Shown: one piece after another, positions 14,501 through 27,100 of the stretch
Layout: each line of letters begins with the position of its first letter
Numbering within the stretch: the first letter of the stretch is position 1
Source: Schmidtea nova
Taxonomy: Eukaryota
Length of the DNA: 64,000 nucleotides
Reading direction: 5' to 3'
NCBI GenBank assembly: GCA_044892505.1
Contig: CM097882.1
Coordinates: 440,200,001-440,264,000 of the forward strand
Program-made: the position numbers and the translations under genes
Notes under the pieces: generated by a model
What the model saw: only the letters and a program-made list of their open reading frames with translations
The model's database searches: none
Told to the model about the DNA's origin: nothing

Positions 14501-17500
14501 TTTGCTTCTTGAAATGCTGATAATACCACTAAAAGCGCAAAATAGTCATTTTGACAATTTTTAAATTTTAGACGTTGCTGTCTTCAAAACGGTAATTTAG
14601 GTAATCAAAATATTTTGTGAATTTTCAAGTTATCAAGAGATGAATTACGGATTAAAATGAGTACTATTACCTTTCTAGTAGTTTTTTCTACGCTGTGAGT
14701 CTTAATACGTTTCTAAAGTTTACTGACAAATCTTATTTTTTTATTTTTGTCTTTCTTAATGGTAAATTATTTCCGTCATTTTGTTCACTCAAAGTTGTGT
14801 AGCTATGATTTCTAGCGCCCGGGGGTAAGCTATAAAAATGCGCACTTTCCTATTTATGTATAATATACTTCCGATAAAATAGAAAGTTCAATTTTACTAG
14901 AATGGAAAATTTTAATTTAAAAAAATAAATTTTTAGCTATTTTGAAACTTTTTTAAACTATTGTCACCCAGCGTGTATGCACAGGGCCGGCTTTAACTAG
15001 AAGCGGTGGACCCTATTTAATATGTCAATATCAATAAAATGTATAATCTAATTCATAATGTAAATCAGGGGTCGGTAACCTATGGCCACGCGGTGGAGTT
15101 GTCAATGGCATTTTATGTTGTTTGTTTTTCAATGAAATATATTTAAAAGATAATTTTGGGATCAAATTATTTTCATAAATAACTGCATTATTTAAAGTGA
15201 CAGATATATACCATTACTTATTTTTAAAAAGAAATAAGTTGGAACCCGGAATTAATTGGCGGAGTGGATTGGCACACCACAGCTAAAAAGTTGCCGACCC
15301 CTGATGTAAATGATGAATTTGCAAGTTTAAAAGCTAGAAAAGTAAATATCTAAAATAAAAGTTTTGTCTTTTTTATACAAAATTTTATTCATTTTATGTT
15401 ATGTTACAGAATAATATTATGTTTCAATAAAATAAACAAAATATATAAACAAAATAAAACCTGTATTTCATTTGAAAAAGAATTATTAATTTTTCAATGC
15501 TTTTATTACACATTTAACTTTGCCAATTGAATTAAGTTAAGTCCAAAAAACCAATAAAATAATACTTATAGAAAATGGGCGTTTAAAATGAGTTTCGCAT
15601 CGAGGCGCTACTAATGCTAGAGCCGGCCCTGTGTATGCACAAATTTATGTAGCTAAATAGAGCCTTGATTGTTTACTTTCATTAAAATTATATTTATATA
15701 AAAAAAGTTATTCTTTGGTAGGAAAAAAATATTTCTTATTTGTTTTGGCTACCCTGCTTTCCGCACCCTTAGTACATGCCTCCACTTGCCGCCCCCTATT
15801 GTTACGCCACTTCATTTCTCAATAATGTCTTTTTATTGAAGTGTTGTTTTTAGCTATTATTTTAATTTTATTCGGTTATTTCATCGATTAAAATATATAT
15901 TCGAGGTCTTTTGTAAAAAAACTAAGAATTTCTGAATAAGAATATTCATCCAATCAGATGCAGCCCGTTGGTAATCATTTAAAACTACTTGATACAAGAT
16001 AAGAACTAAATAAAACTAATTATTCAAATTAAAATTTAATGTTAATTATTCCATTCTATTTTATTTTTTAATGATTTTCAAATATGTAATGTGACAGAAA
16101 AATTAAGTTCCAATGATACGAATTTCAGAGGGTGCAGTCCATAATGTCTGGAGCACATCGAAACGCGGTTATACAAATTCAGACTGTTAATCACATATTC
16201 AAGATTTGTATTAATCATGTTTGCATTATTGTAATTATCAACTTTTTGCACTGAACTGCTTCGTTACTGTGCTGTTTGCACAACACGCCAGCACTGAGTG
16301 CAATTTACTATTCACATTATTCAATTTATTTTATCTTAGATGCAGAAAATTAACGAATCTAAGGAATCTTTACTTCAAAGGTATGAATAGTTTTTACTTT
16401 TTAATTTGGAAATTCGGTTTTATAAAGGTTTTTTCAGCGATTACTTTTAATAAATGACTAAATTGGTTTCTAAAATAAATTCCGGCTGCCTATTTCTGTG
16501 TTTCGAAAGCACTGTGAAAATATACGTTTTCTTGCACCAAATTTATTTTGTACAATTTCCTTGATAAGGGCTTCAACTTCCTACATCTGTCGTCGTGATA
16601 TTTTGCCCTTCTAATCTCGGCGAAATCACTGGTTAAAATATTTAATTCCTCATATAAGGTACAATTGCCTCGAATCTGACTATGTCCATAGTAGTTAAAA
16701 AAATCCATTTGTTTACATTGTGTTTTAGTATTGTGCATTTGAAACTNNNNNNNNNNNNNNNNNNNNNNNNNNNNNNNNNNNNNNNNNNNNNNNNNNNNNN
16801 NNNNNNNNNNNNNNNNNNNNNNNNNNNNNNNNNNNNNNNNNNNNNNNNNNNNNNNNNNNNNNNNNNNNNNNNNNNNNNNNNNNNNNNNNNNNNNNNNNNN
16901 NNNNNNNNNNNNNNNNNNNNNNNNNNNNNNNNNNNNNNNNNNNNNNNNNNNNNNNNNNNNNNNNNNNNNNNNNNNNNNNNNNNNNNNNNNNNNNNNNNNN
17001 NNNNNNNNNNNNNNNNNNNNNNNNNNNNNNNNNNNNNNNNNNNNNNNNNNNNNNNNNNNNNNNNNNNNNNNNNNNNNNNNNNNNNNNNNNNNNNNNNNNN
17101 NNNNNNNNNNNNNNNNNNNNNNNNNNNNNNNNNNNNNNNNNNNNNNNNNNNNNNNNNNNNNNNNNNNNNNNNNNNNNNNNNNNNNNNNNNNNNNNNNNNN
17201 NNNNNNNNNNNNNNNNNNNNNNNNNNTTATGTCGTTTAAGATCCGTTCAAAGACCTGACTCCTCGTGTCCTTTAATAATCGAAAATTAATGAAACCCAAC
17301 AGAGAAACAATTTATTTGATTATCACAACATATAAAATTTATCTTTTATCTCAACATGTTTTAATCAATATACTTTACACTTTTTGCAATTTGCACTTCC
17401 CCTCCTTTTTTGGATTTGATTCTTACGTTAGGGCTTAAAACCAAATGAGTAATGGCCCTTTCTTGTACGTATTTTCGAATAACTGTTACTAAAATCTTTT

Positions 17501-20500
17501 CTCACTTCGTCTATTGTCTTCAAGATTCCGCAATTTTGTTTTCACATTTTAGTTTTTTGACCGAACTGGCAATAATAATTCTCGTTTTCTAAATTTCCTC
17601 AACTGACCAAGTATTGTAAATTTCTCTTAGTTAATCTCTTTCCGTCCTTTACTTTGCGCTGCCTTTTATACATTTCTCAAATGACAATTAAATTTAAACA
17701 AAACCGTAAAGTTACCCAATCTCTGGCTGAATTGGTCCATCAACAAATTATCATATTTGCGCTCGGTGCATTTTTCTTAATTGCCCTACACAATCTACCG
17801 ATTTTGATCTCCCAAGTCTCTACTGCCGTCGGGTTTTCTTCATTGCTCGGGCTTCCCATTGAGCGATTAATTAATTTTAATTAGTTTATTTTTACATTAT
17901 AACTTTCTCTGGGGATACCTTTCTAAATTTTTATTATTAATTTTGGATTTGTCTTTTGATTTGGCATTCAACCATACCCATTTCCCCCGATGAATATTAA
18001 TTTTGAACTTTTGTTTATTTTGATATTTCTTTGATTTTACTATTATTTCTTTTTAATTTTGTGACNNNNNNNNNNNNNNNNNNNNNNNNNNNNNNNNNNN
18101 NNNNNNNNNNNNNNNNNNNNNNNNNNNNNNNNNNNNNNNNNNNNNNNNNNNNNNNNNNNNNNNNNNNNNNNNNNNNNNNNNNNNNNNNNNNNNNNNNNNN
18201 NNNNNNNNNNNNNNNNNNNNNNNNNNNNNNNNNNNNNNNNNNNNNNNNNNNNNNNNNNNNNNNNNNNNNNNNNNNNNNNNNNNNNNNNNNNNNNNNNNNN
18301 NNNNNNNNNNNNNNNNNNNNNNNNNNNNNNNNNNNNNNNNNNNNNNNNNNNNNNNNNNNNNNNNNNNNNNNNNNNNNNNNNNNNNNNNNNNNNNNNNNNN
18401 NNNNNNNNNNNNNNNNNNNNNNNNNNNNNNNNNNNNNNNNNNNNNNNNNNNNNNNNNNNNNNNNNNNNNNNNNNNNNNNNNNNNNNNNNNNNNNNNNNNN
18501 NNNNNNNNNNNNNNNNNNNNNNNNNNNNNNNNNNNNNNNNNNNNNNNNNNNNNNNNNNNNNNNNNNNNNNNNNNNNNNNNNNNNNNNNNNNNNNNNNNNN
18601 NNNNNNNNNNNNNNNNNNNNNNNNNNNNNNNNNNNNNNNNNNNNNNNNNNNNNNNNNNNNNNNNNNNNNNNNNNNNNNNNNNNNNNNNNNNNNNNNNNNN
18701 NNNNNNNNNNNNNNNNNNNNNNNNNNNNNNNNNNNNNNNNNNNNNNNNNNNNNNNNNNNNNNNNNNNNNNNNNNNNNNNNNNNNNNNNNNNNNNNNNNNN
18801 NNNNNNNNNNNNNNNNNNNNNNNNNNNNNNNNNNNNNNNNNNNNNNNNNNNNNNNNNNNNNNNNNNNNNNNNNNNNNNNNNNNNNNNNNNNNNNNNNNNN
18901 NNNNNNNNNNNNNNNNNNNNNNNNNNNNNNNNNNNNNNNNNNNNNNNNNNNNNNNNNNNNNNNNNNNNNNNNNNNNNNNNNNNNNNNNTATTTCTACCTT
19001 TATTTCACTGTTTATTATAAAAAGTCAAGAAAAGTATCATTTTAAAGTTTGCTGCTTCCATAGTTGGCCTGCTTCATCTGTATTAAACTTATAACGAGCC
19101 GCATTTGCATTTAATAAAAGATGAATTGATATTCTGAGAATTTATTAACTGTCTTGCCTGTATTTTTAGTAGGACCTTGTATTTTATCTCTTAAAAATTT
19201 TTTGATAACTTTTATTTTGATCCGATCTGTAAAACAAATGTTATTTAACCTCCAAAACCTTTTATAGTTCTTTTATTTTGTTTCAATGTAGAAACTGCAA
19301 GGTGTCTTGTGCATATTGTGTTTAATACATGTTAATCTATCTCCAATAAACTTTTCTGTTATTACTTTAAGGTATGCTTGAAGGTACCCTAATCTTCTTA
19401 TAGCAGGTTAAGCGCTACCTCGGATGTCAAAGCCTCAAACTTTTCTCCAAGTTTTCCTCATAATTTTCACCATATTAAGACATAAAATCATTTATAATGT
19501 GATTAATAAATTTTTTAATTTTTAATAATAATTGAATAAAATTTATCCACAGAGAGAACTCTCGAAGCTCTTTTGAAGAGTTGCAATATGAAGGTATATA
19601 TCAATAATTATATTTTATACATACAAAATTTGAACAATTTAAGATTCTCTTAATGAATCAACCTCAGGAAACGTAACTAAATCTGCCACCTATTTAACCA
19701 CTAAACAAACTGCATTTAATTTCGAAAAGAAATATTTTATAAGCACTCCCAGTTTACTAGATGAAACGCTAAAATCGGAAGCTGAAATAATTTCAAATGA
19801 TAAATTGACGGGGATTCAAAAATCCGAGAAAAAGTACCAGTCTATTGGAGTGTCGACTGAGTTGTTAGGGAAAGACATTGAAATGAAATCTTCTCTTCAT
19901 AATTTAAACCAAAACCGATCTCTACAAAGAATTTCACAGGAGTGTCTGAAAAATATCTATCCTCATTCAATAATGAAGCAAACATTTGGAGAAAGTTTGC
20001 CAAATTTATCTTTTGCTCGTTCTTCCTCAATTGTCGGAATATCGTCTGAAAATTCGCCTATTTATCAAATACCGAGAGGCAGATCGTCTATCAGGTTCTC
20101 TCTCAATACACTATCTGAAAGTTCACTGAGTCACGTCGAGACGGACAGTTTAGATGAGGCTATACTTAATTCCGGAAATAAAAGGTAAACTTTGTAGATT
20201 TCTTAAATTGAAATATTTTTAGATGCCCAACCAATTCTTGGGGTCTAAATTTAGATAGAAAATTACCTAGAAAATTTTGCCAAGACTCCGTCTTTAATGC
20301 GTTTTAAACAACTAGTTTCCATCTATAAAACATATTTAATGTTTGCATTTTCGACGTAGTTAACAAATCAAAAATATCACATTTGTCAACCCAACATTAT
20401 CTATTCTCTGTAAACTGTCTAATAACCCTTCACGGGGAAGTGTATTTAAAATAGGGGGTTCGAGAATTATTTTTGAATTTGTTAAAGATGAAATAAATAT

Positions 20501-21044
20501 TTAGCAAATTATTATTTATATTATAAAAATTTGTATAAATGCCATTTGAATAAAATAAATTCGTGCAGAAAGCGTGTAAAAAATCTAAATATTTCTATTT
20601 AAGTTTTGAATTTTGGTTAATATTTTTACAGAAATATTAGTAAAAAGCAGGGTTTCCCAAAGTTTTACTCCGGGGGCAAAATTCTAAATTCCAAAATATT
20701 TCGCTGGCCAAAATATAAAAAAACTTAAAAAAGTAATATATATATATATACAGGCCCGAAGAGAGCTTCAATGGGGCCCGGGCCAAAAATATTTCTCGGG
20801 GCCCACATATTATGTTTTAAAAAAATGTTTAATTTTCTGTAATTTGGTCTTGATATTTGATATTTGATATACAAAAAGTATTAAGCTTCATAAAAAATGG
20901 TATAAATAAGCATGTAATAATTTTTTTCGGATTATTTTTTATTACTTCAGAATTTTTAAATTTTCAAAAGAAGCTTAATGAACTATTTATGACATGAAAT
21001 ATTTTTCTTCGTTAAAAAATTAAAATTTTTATCCTGATTAATTT

Positions 21045-21114
<70 letters not shown>

Positions 21115-24100
21115 TTATATAACAACAAAATGTATGTACATTATAATGCATGCATATTATAATTACATTAACTATTAAATAAAACAAATAAAACAGTAAA
21201 GTTTACTAAGAAGTTATATTTTCTATTGCTTGAAATTTGTTTTTATATAAATTTTTGAAGTCATAAGTATAAATAGATTTGCATTTAGCCTGAATTCACT
21301 TGAACTGAACTTTTTTTTTAAATGAAAATACAAAATATTTTTTTAAAATTAAGATCTCCTGTCTCACATTGGCGATTCGTGAGCCGCATTTCAACAGTTT
21401 GAGGGTCACACTTAGGGAACCCCTGTTATAAAGTATTAAATTATTTCACTTGATAAAAAGATAATCGAAATTATTTCTAATTACTTCTCTTTTTTATATC
21501 AATAAATTAGCCCTTTTAATGATTTATTTTACAAAAATTTCTAATTATTAATATCTTATGAGATTTATTAACAAATTGTGTTGCAAAAAGGTAGATTATT
21601 AAAAGAACTTAAATATTTCTTGAAAAAAGAGAGGTTTGGGATTATTGAAAGTGTTTTATGCATTATATGGATAAGATAAGGAATGTGTTAGAACTTGTTG
21701 TGTAATAAGCATGTCGCTCTATTGATAATTAATAAAAATGAGTTGATTTGCTGAAAATTAAAAAAGTTTTGGAAAATTTGAAAAAAAAGTTATCATTGAA
21801 ATAAATTAGAAAAATGACATCTTTTATTCACAAATCAGAATGAATTGAAGTAACTATACTTCATAATATATTTCATAATATTATAATTTATATTTCTATA
21901 ACTGCTGAATACAACAGCCTATAACTGACTGCTCATTAGCACCAAGAATTATGTTAATGAAATAACCTGATTATGTTATATTTATCTATTTGTGCAGTTT
22001 ATATTGATGGTATTATATTAACGTTTCAAATTCCGCTTAACTATTGAAAATAAAAGTTTTTCTTTACCCTCAGAAAATATAAACTTCTTTCATATTCTTC
22101 CACAGTTTAAAAGTTTTTAGCATATAATACATAAAGTGAATATTTTTTCAAAATTTTTAATACATTTCAAAACAAACTTATAAAAAACCGTATTTGTCAG
22201 AATATAAAACGACATGTTATTTTTCAAAAATAAAAAGCCCGCAGAAGATTTTCTATTTTTATCAATGTTTTAATGTAGTTTTAATATATTGTAGCGTATT
22301 TGTATGGTGAACGAACGGACAGGACACTGTAGTAATGAATGGCATACTGTAGCAACACATTTTTTATTAATACAATATATGTATATGTTACGGTTATAGT
22401 ACAAAATGTCAAAATGTACACATTCGCCGGTAAATGTACACATAGACCACACCAATGGGTAAATGTAAGTTTACTATTTCGAAAAAGTTTGTTATACATA
22501 CATTTACGGGTAAATGTATACATTATATCAAGGTCGAAATAATGTCGATGAAATCTTGGCTACTTTTGTATTCTCGCATTTACCAACTCAAGGCTTCAGT
22601 TTCAAAATTATCAATGTAGTATATCTGATTAATAATAGACATTATATCCTTAAAATGTTGACGATTCAGTTTGCACAATTTCTAATGATGTAGCGACGCT
22701 AAGTTAAATTGTGCACTGTTGGCTTCACAAAATAGACTCTCCATTGAGTTAATTAGAGAATCTAAGTATGGAATGTAAACTGCTTGTCTGAAGTACTCTT
22801 CAACACTTATGGTTCCCGGATTACTTCAATACTTTTGTCTTCCACACTGCCTCGAGATATACAGTTCAATATACACTTTCTGTGCGAATTGTACTGTTTT
22901 TTCAAAATTATCCCTGAAATAGTTATCGAATCACCTCGGTGAAGTTTTACTACACTGAGCAGGTTTTGAACTTGCAGTTGGACTTCTTGGAGATCAATTT
23001 GAACAGCTTGAAGAGCCGGAGTAACTATTTCCAGTATGGCAGAGTACTGCGAAATAATATTGAGACAAAATAAAAACGTGCTGGACTTTGATGAACAATA
23101 TAACTGATATGCAGCCTGTCATGTATTTCCACTTGCATGCAATGAAAATTCTCACAGTTGACAATGAATATCTTCAAATTTGATAGTACCAATAGTATTT
23201 CGTATCACTGCAGCATTATTAAGATCATTTACTACGAGATTCAGTCTATGCGAGGCACAGTGAACAAATGCAGCTTTGGGGTAAATACTTTGAATTTTTG
23301 CCTGAACACTATCTCTTTTTTTCCGGCCATTGTCGAGCACCCACCATAAAACAATGAAAAAGAGTAAAAAAGAAAGAACAAAAAAGAAGAAACAAAAAAG
23401 AAGAAACAAAAAAGAAGAAAACTTAAACTAAAAGTAAAACCCAACCAGTATCCATAGGCTTGGTAGAAATTAAAATAAATACAAGTTAAGAAACAAAAAA
23501 AATGATCGGCCCGAGCAATGAAGCGCGGGCCCGAACGCTTGATGCTCACTTCAAACCGGTGCATCACAAACCTGGCGATGATGTTGCTCCAGGCTGGCCA
23601 ATGTTATGTCTCTCCACACTTTTTTATGCTAACACAAAGTGATTTAAAATAAAAGTAANNNNNNNNNNNNNNNNNNNNNNNNNNNNNNNNNNNNNNNNNN
23701 NNNNNNNNNNNNNNNNNNNNNNNNNNNNNNNNNNNNNNNNNNNNNNNNNNNNNNNNNNNNNNNNNNNNNNNNNNNNNNNNNNNNNNNNNNNNTTGTCTGG
23801 TTATTTATTTTCTTTAAATGTACGTGTAAGAGAAGAAAAATTGTAGGGCCCGAGAGAGTCAGCCCGATTATTGTGGGGACACTCGGGGTGTATGTTATGT
23901 TGTGAAATTGCGGAAATTTGAAACAATAAAATAATAACAAACTAATAACAATTCCATTAATATCACAATAGATATATAGGAGTTAATTGAAAATATTAAA
24001 GTACAAATAGTAACCTCTTCAATTGGAGGATTAATTGGAGGGATCTGTATTAATTTTCGAATATTATTTGGAGGGATCTGTATTCTTTCAAAGATTTTAA

Positions 24101-27100
24101 TTAGAATATTAATTGGAGGGATCTGTATTCTTTCAAAGATTTTAGTTAGAATATTAATTGGAGGGATCTGTATTCTTTCAAAGATTTTAATTGGAATATT
24201 AATCGGAGGGATCTGTATTCTTTCAAAGATTTTCTTTTCGTAAGCTTGATAATATTTGTTGCAGATATTGGAGGGATTTTAATTGGAATATTAATTGGAG
24301 GGATCTGTATTCTTTCAAAGATTTTCTTTTCGTAAGTTTGATAATATTTGTTGTAGATATTGGAGGGATCTGTATTCTTTCAAAGATTTTAATTAGAATA
24401 TTAATAGGAGGGATCTGTATTCTTTCAAAGATTTTAATTGGAATATTAATCGGAGGGATCTGTATTCTTTCAAAGATTTTCTTTTCGTAAGCTTGATAAT
24501 ATTTGTTGCAGATATTGGAGGGATTTTAATTGGAATATTAATTGGAGGGATCTGTATTCTTTCAAAGATTTTCTTTTCGTAAGTTTGATAATATTTGTTG
24601 CAGATATTGGAGGGATTTTAATTGGAATATTGAGAATTTCAAAATCTCAATTTTTAGTTTTCAGTTGTCTATTAGCGTTTTATTCCTTTTTTAACTATTA
24701 AGAATCTCTATCATCATCTATTTGCTTCTTTAGGCTTTTTAATTTATTTGGTTATTGATTTTTTTAATTTTTCAATTTGGCTTACTATAGCTTTTGCTAT
24801 TGCAAGCCAAATTTGAATTTTAAATTAAATAATAATAATATTAATAATAAAAATACATATTAGCATTCACCGATGAAAGGGGGGGTCCCCGGTGACCGCA
24901 AAGGCACCGTCCATAACAATGACGGCGATTACAACATCATAAACGAATAACAATATAAAAATAACAATAAAATATGACATTCACAATATATATATATTGT
25001 AAAATCTGTATTAATATTAATATTATTATTATTGTTATTATCGTGGGCATCCTCTCGGACACAGGTGACTCCTCCTCTTTTTATAAGGTGATTTGTGCGT
25101 ATTATTTTTTTCCAAATTACTCTGCTGGGCTCTACAACTTTCTTCAGCAATCATCAGTTAAATATCAAAAACATAACTGAATATAGTTATATACATTACC
25201 ACTAACTATCTTATTACACACAAGCCGCATTTACTCTTGAGGGACCCAAGGCTAAAAATCTTATGGGGCCTTTTATAATTTTTTAAAAAAAGGTTAATTT
25301 GTTTCCTGCTGTTATAGTTAAAATAATAATTTAATTTCGAAAATAATATTATATTATGTAATATTATTTTCGAAATATAATAATCTGCAAATAATTAAAA
25401 GATGTAATAAGTTTTTATTATAATAAAACAAAATTTGGGGTCCCCATCACTCGGGGGCCTACGCTTTAGCCTTTTCAGCACTATTGTTGATTGTATTTTT
25501 AATTATTTATTGGTTATAGTTTTAATTTGAAATGAATTTCTATTTTCGACAAATTTATGTCCACGAAGCAAAATGTTTAATAATCGATTTCTGAGAAATG
25601 TACATAATAATAAAACGTCTTGCTTGATTCACACATAACAAATGTATAATATTTCTGTATTGTTTTAACCTTTATCTAACAACAGAGTTTCAAGGCCACC
25701 ACAAACTGATTTTAACAATGGACAATCTGAATCATCTGACAGCATCAAACTTCGCATCGATAACCAAGGTAATAACAAATTAATTTTGATTCAATTATAA
25801 TAAAGTCACTAATTTATTAATTATTATTTTTCAATGTTATGTTCTAAAAATAGACATTTTTTAATTTGCATTTAAATATCCAATCAACAATTGGTAATTT
25901 CAATTTATGTTCGTTGAGAAATATTGATTCATTATCTAAATAAATGGAATTTATTTTACTATGGGCTTGACTTCGTCATGTACACGTGGTAAATTTTATT
26001 TTTCTATTTAAATATCAGGTAATATAATTTTCAATGGTTATTAAAATAAATTGAAAATGTTTTAATGTTTTGATTAAGCAATAATTTATAAATGATGTAT
26101 TTAAATAATGATTCAATTCTTTATTTATTAAATGACTTGTGTTATTAAATTGATTTTTTTGTAAAATTTTAGGATATTTAATTCATTTTAAACGCATTTT
26201 AATTGTTTAGTTATATGATTTAATTAATTTAACTAAACTTATCTTTGTAATATCTATTATTGATACGGATTTATTTTCAATTCCAAAAACATCGTTAAAT
26301 TTATATATATATAGTATTAGGAGTACCGAAAAATAATAAATTATTATTTAACCACTTTAAATATTTATTTTATTTTAAAAATAAAGGTATACCAAAAAGT
26401 AATAAATTATTTTCAAAATCTATAATTTGAAATAATCTGGATTGTAGTGTCTGTCATTGAAGTTAATGAAACTCATTTAAGACATTGTATGTAGTTTTTA
26501 TTTTGTCAAAATGTGAGTGCAACTGAAGCTACCGGAAACATCTGTGCAACAAATATCAGGTCCACAAATACGTTGATTTGTGATTTTGAACTTTCTGATG
26601 GTGAAAATATTGGAAGGCCATTCAAGCATCATTAGTAGAGTCTGATCCACATCAAGACATACATGAATTATCTGATAAACTCAACTCATGATAAAGCACT
26701 CAGGAACATTTAAAGAATATTGGAAAGATGAATATTTTGCTTCCTCACAATCTTTCCGAAAACAATAAATCACGGCAACGAATTATTTGTAATACTTTGT
26801 TACTGAGGAATAAAGAATGGGTTCAAGATTCAAATATTAAACGAAAAAAACAATTATTTTTTCCCGGATAAGTGCCGATTCAAATATCTGAAGCTGGAAT
26901 AAATCCATAGAAGGTTCTTTTATGTGCTTGCTAAGATTGTGTTGGCATAATTAAATATGAGCTTATGCATCCTGTTCAGACTATTACAGCGGACATTTAT
27001 TGTGAACAATTAAATTGGTTCAATCCGGCAACAAGATAACGGAAAAACCGCATACAGCTAGAATGACTCAGGAGAAAATAATTTTTGAAAGTCTTACCAT

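Noticed and set aside
1976-19020. Track ORFs containing long X runs (1976-2470, 3077-4015, 16490-17299, 18031-19020)
   Set aside because: They are artefacts of translating through N gaps.
19805-20188. Track ORF of 127 aa as a standalone gene
   Set aside because: The TTG start is internal to an open frame that begins at acceptor 19643, and the stop lies just inside a GT donor (20185). It is better explained as an internal exon.
21447-21480. cacttgataaaaagataatcgaaatt resembling the U3-A8 hammerhead core
   Set aside because: Stem II would need a 1-nt loop and no stem I can be drawn.
24022-24630. CRISPR-like appearance (constant repeat with variable spacers)
   Set aside because: The spacers recur rather than being unique, no cas genes are present, and the context is a eukaryotic intron.
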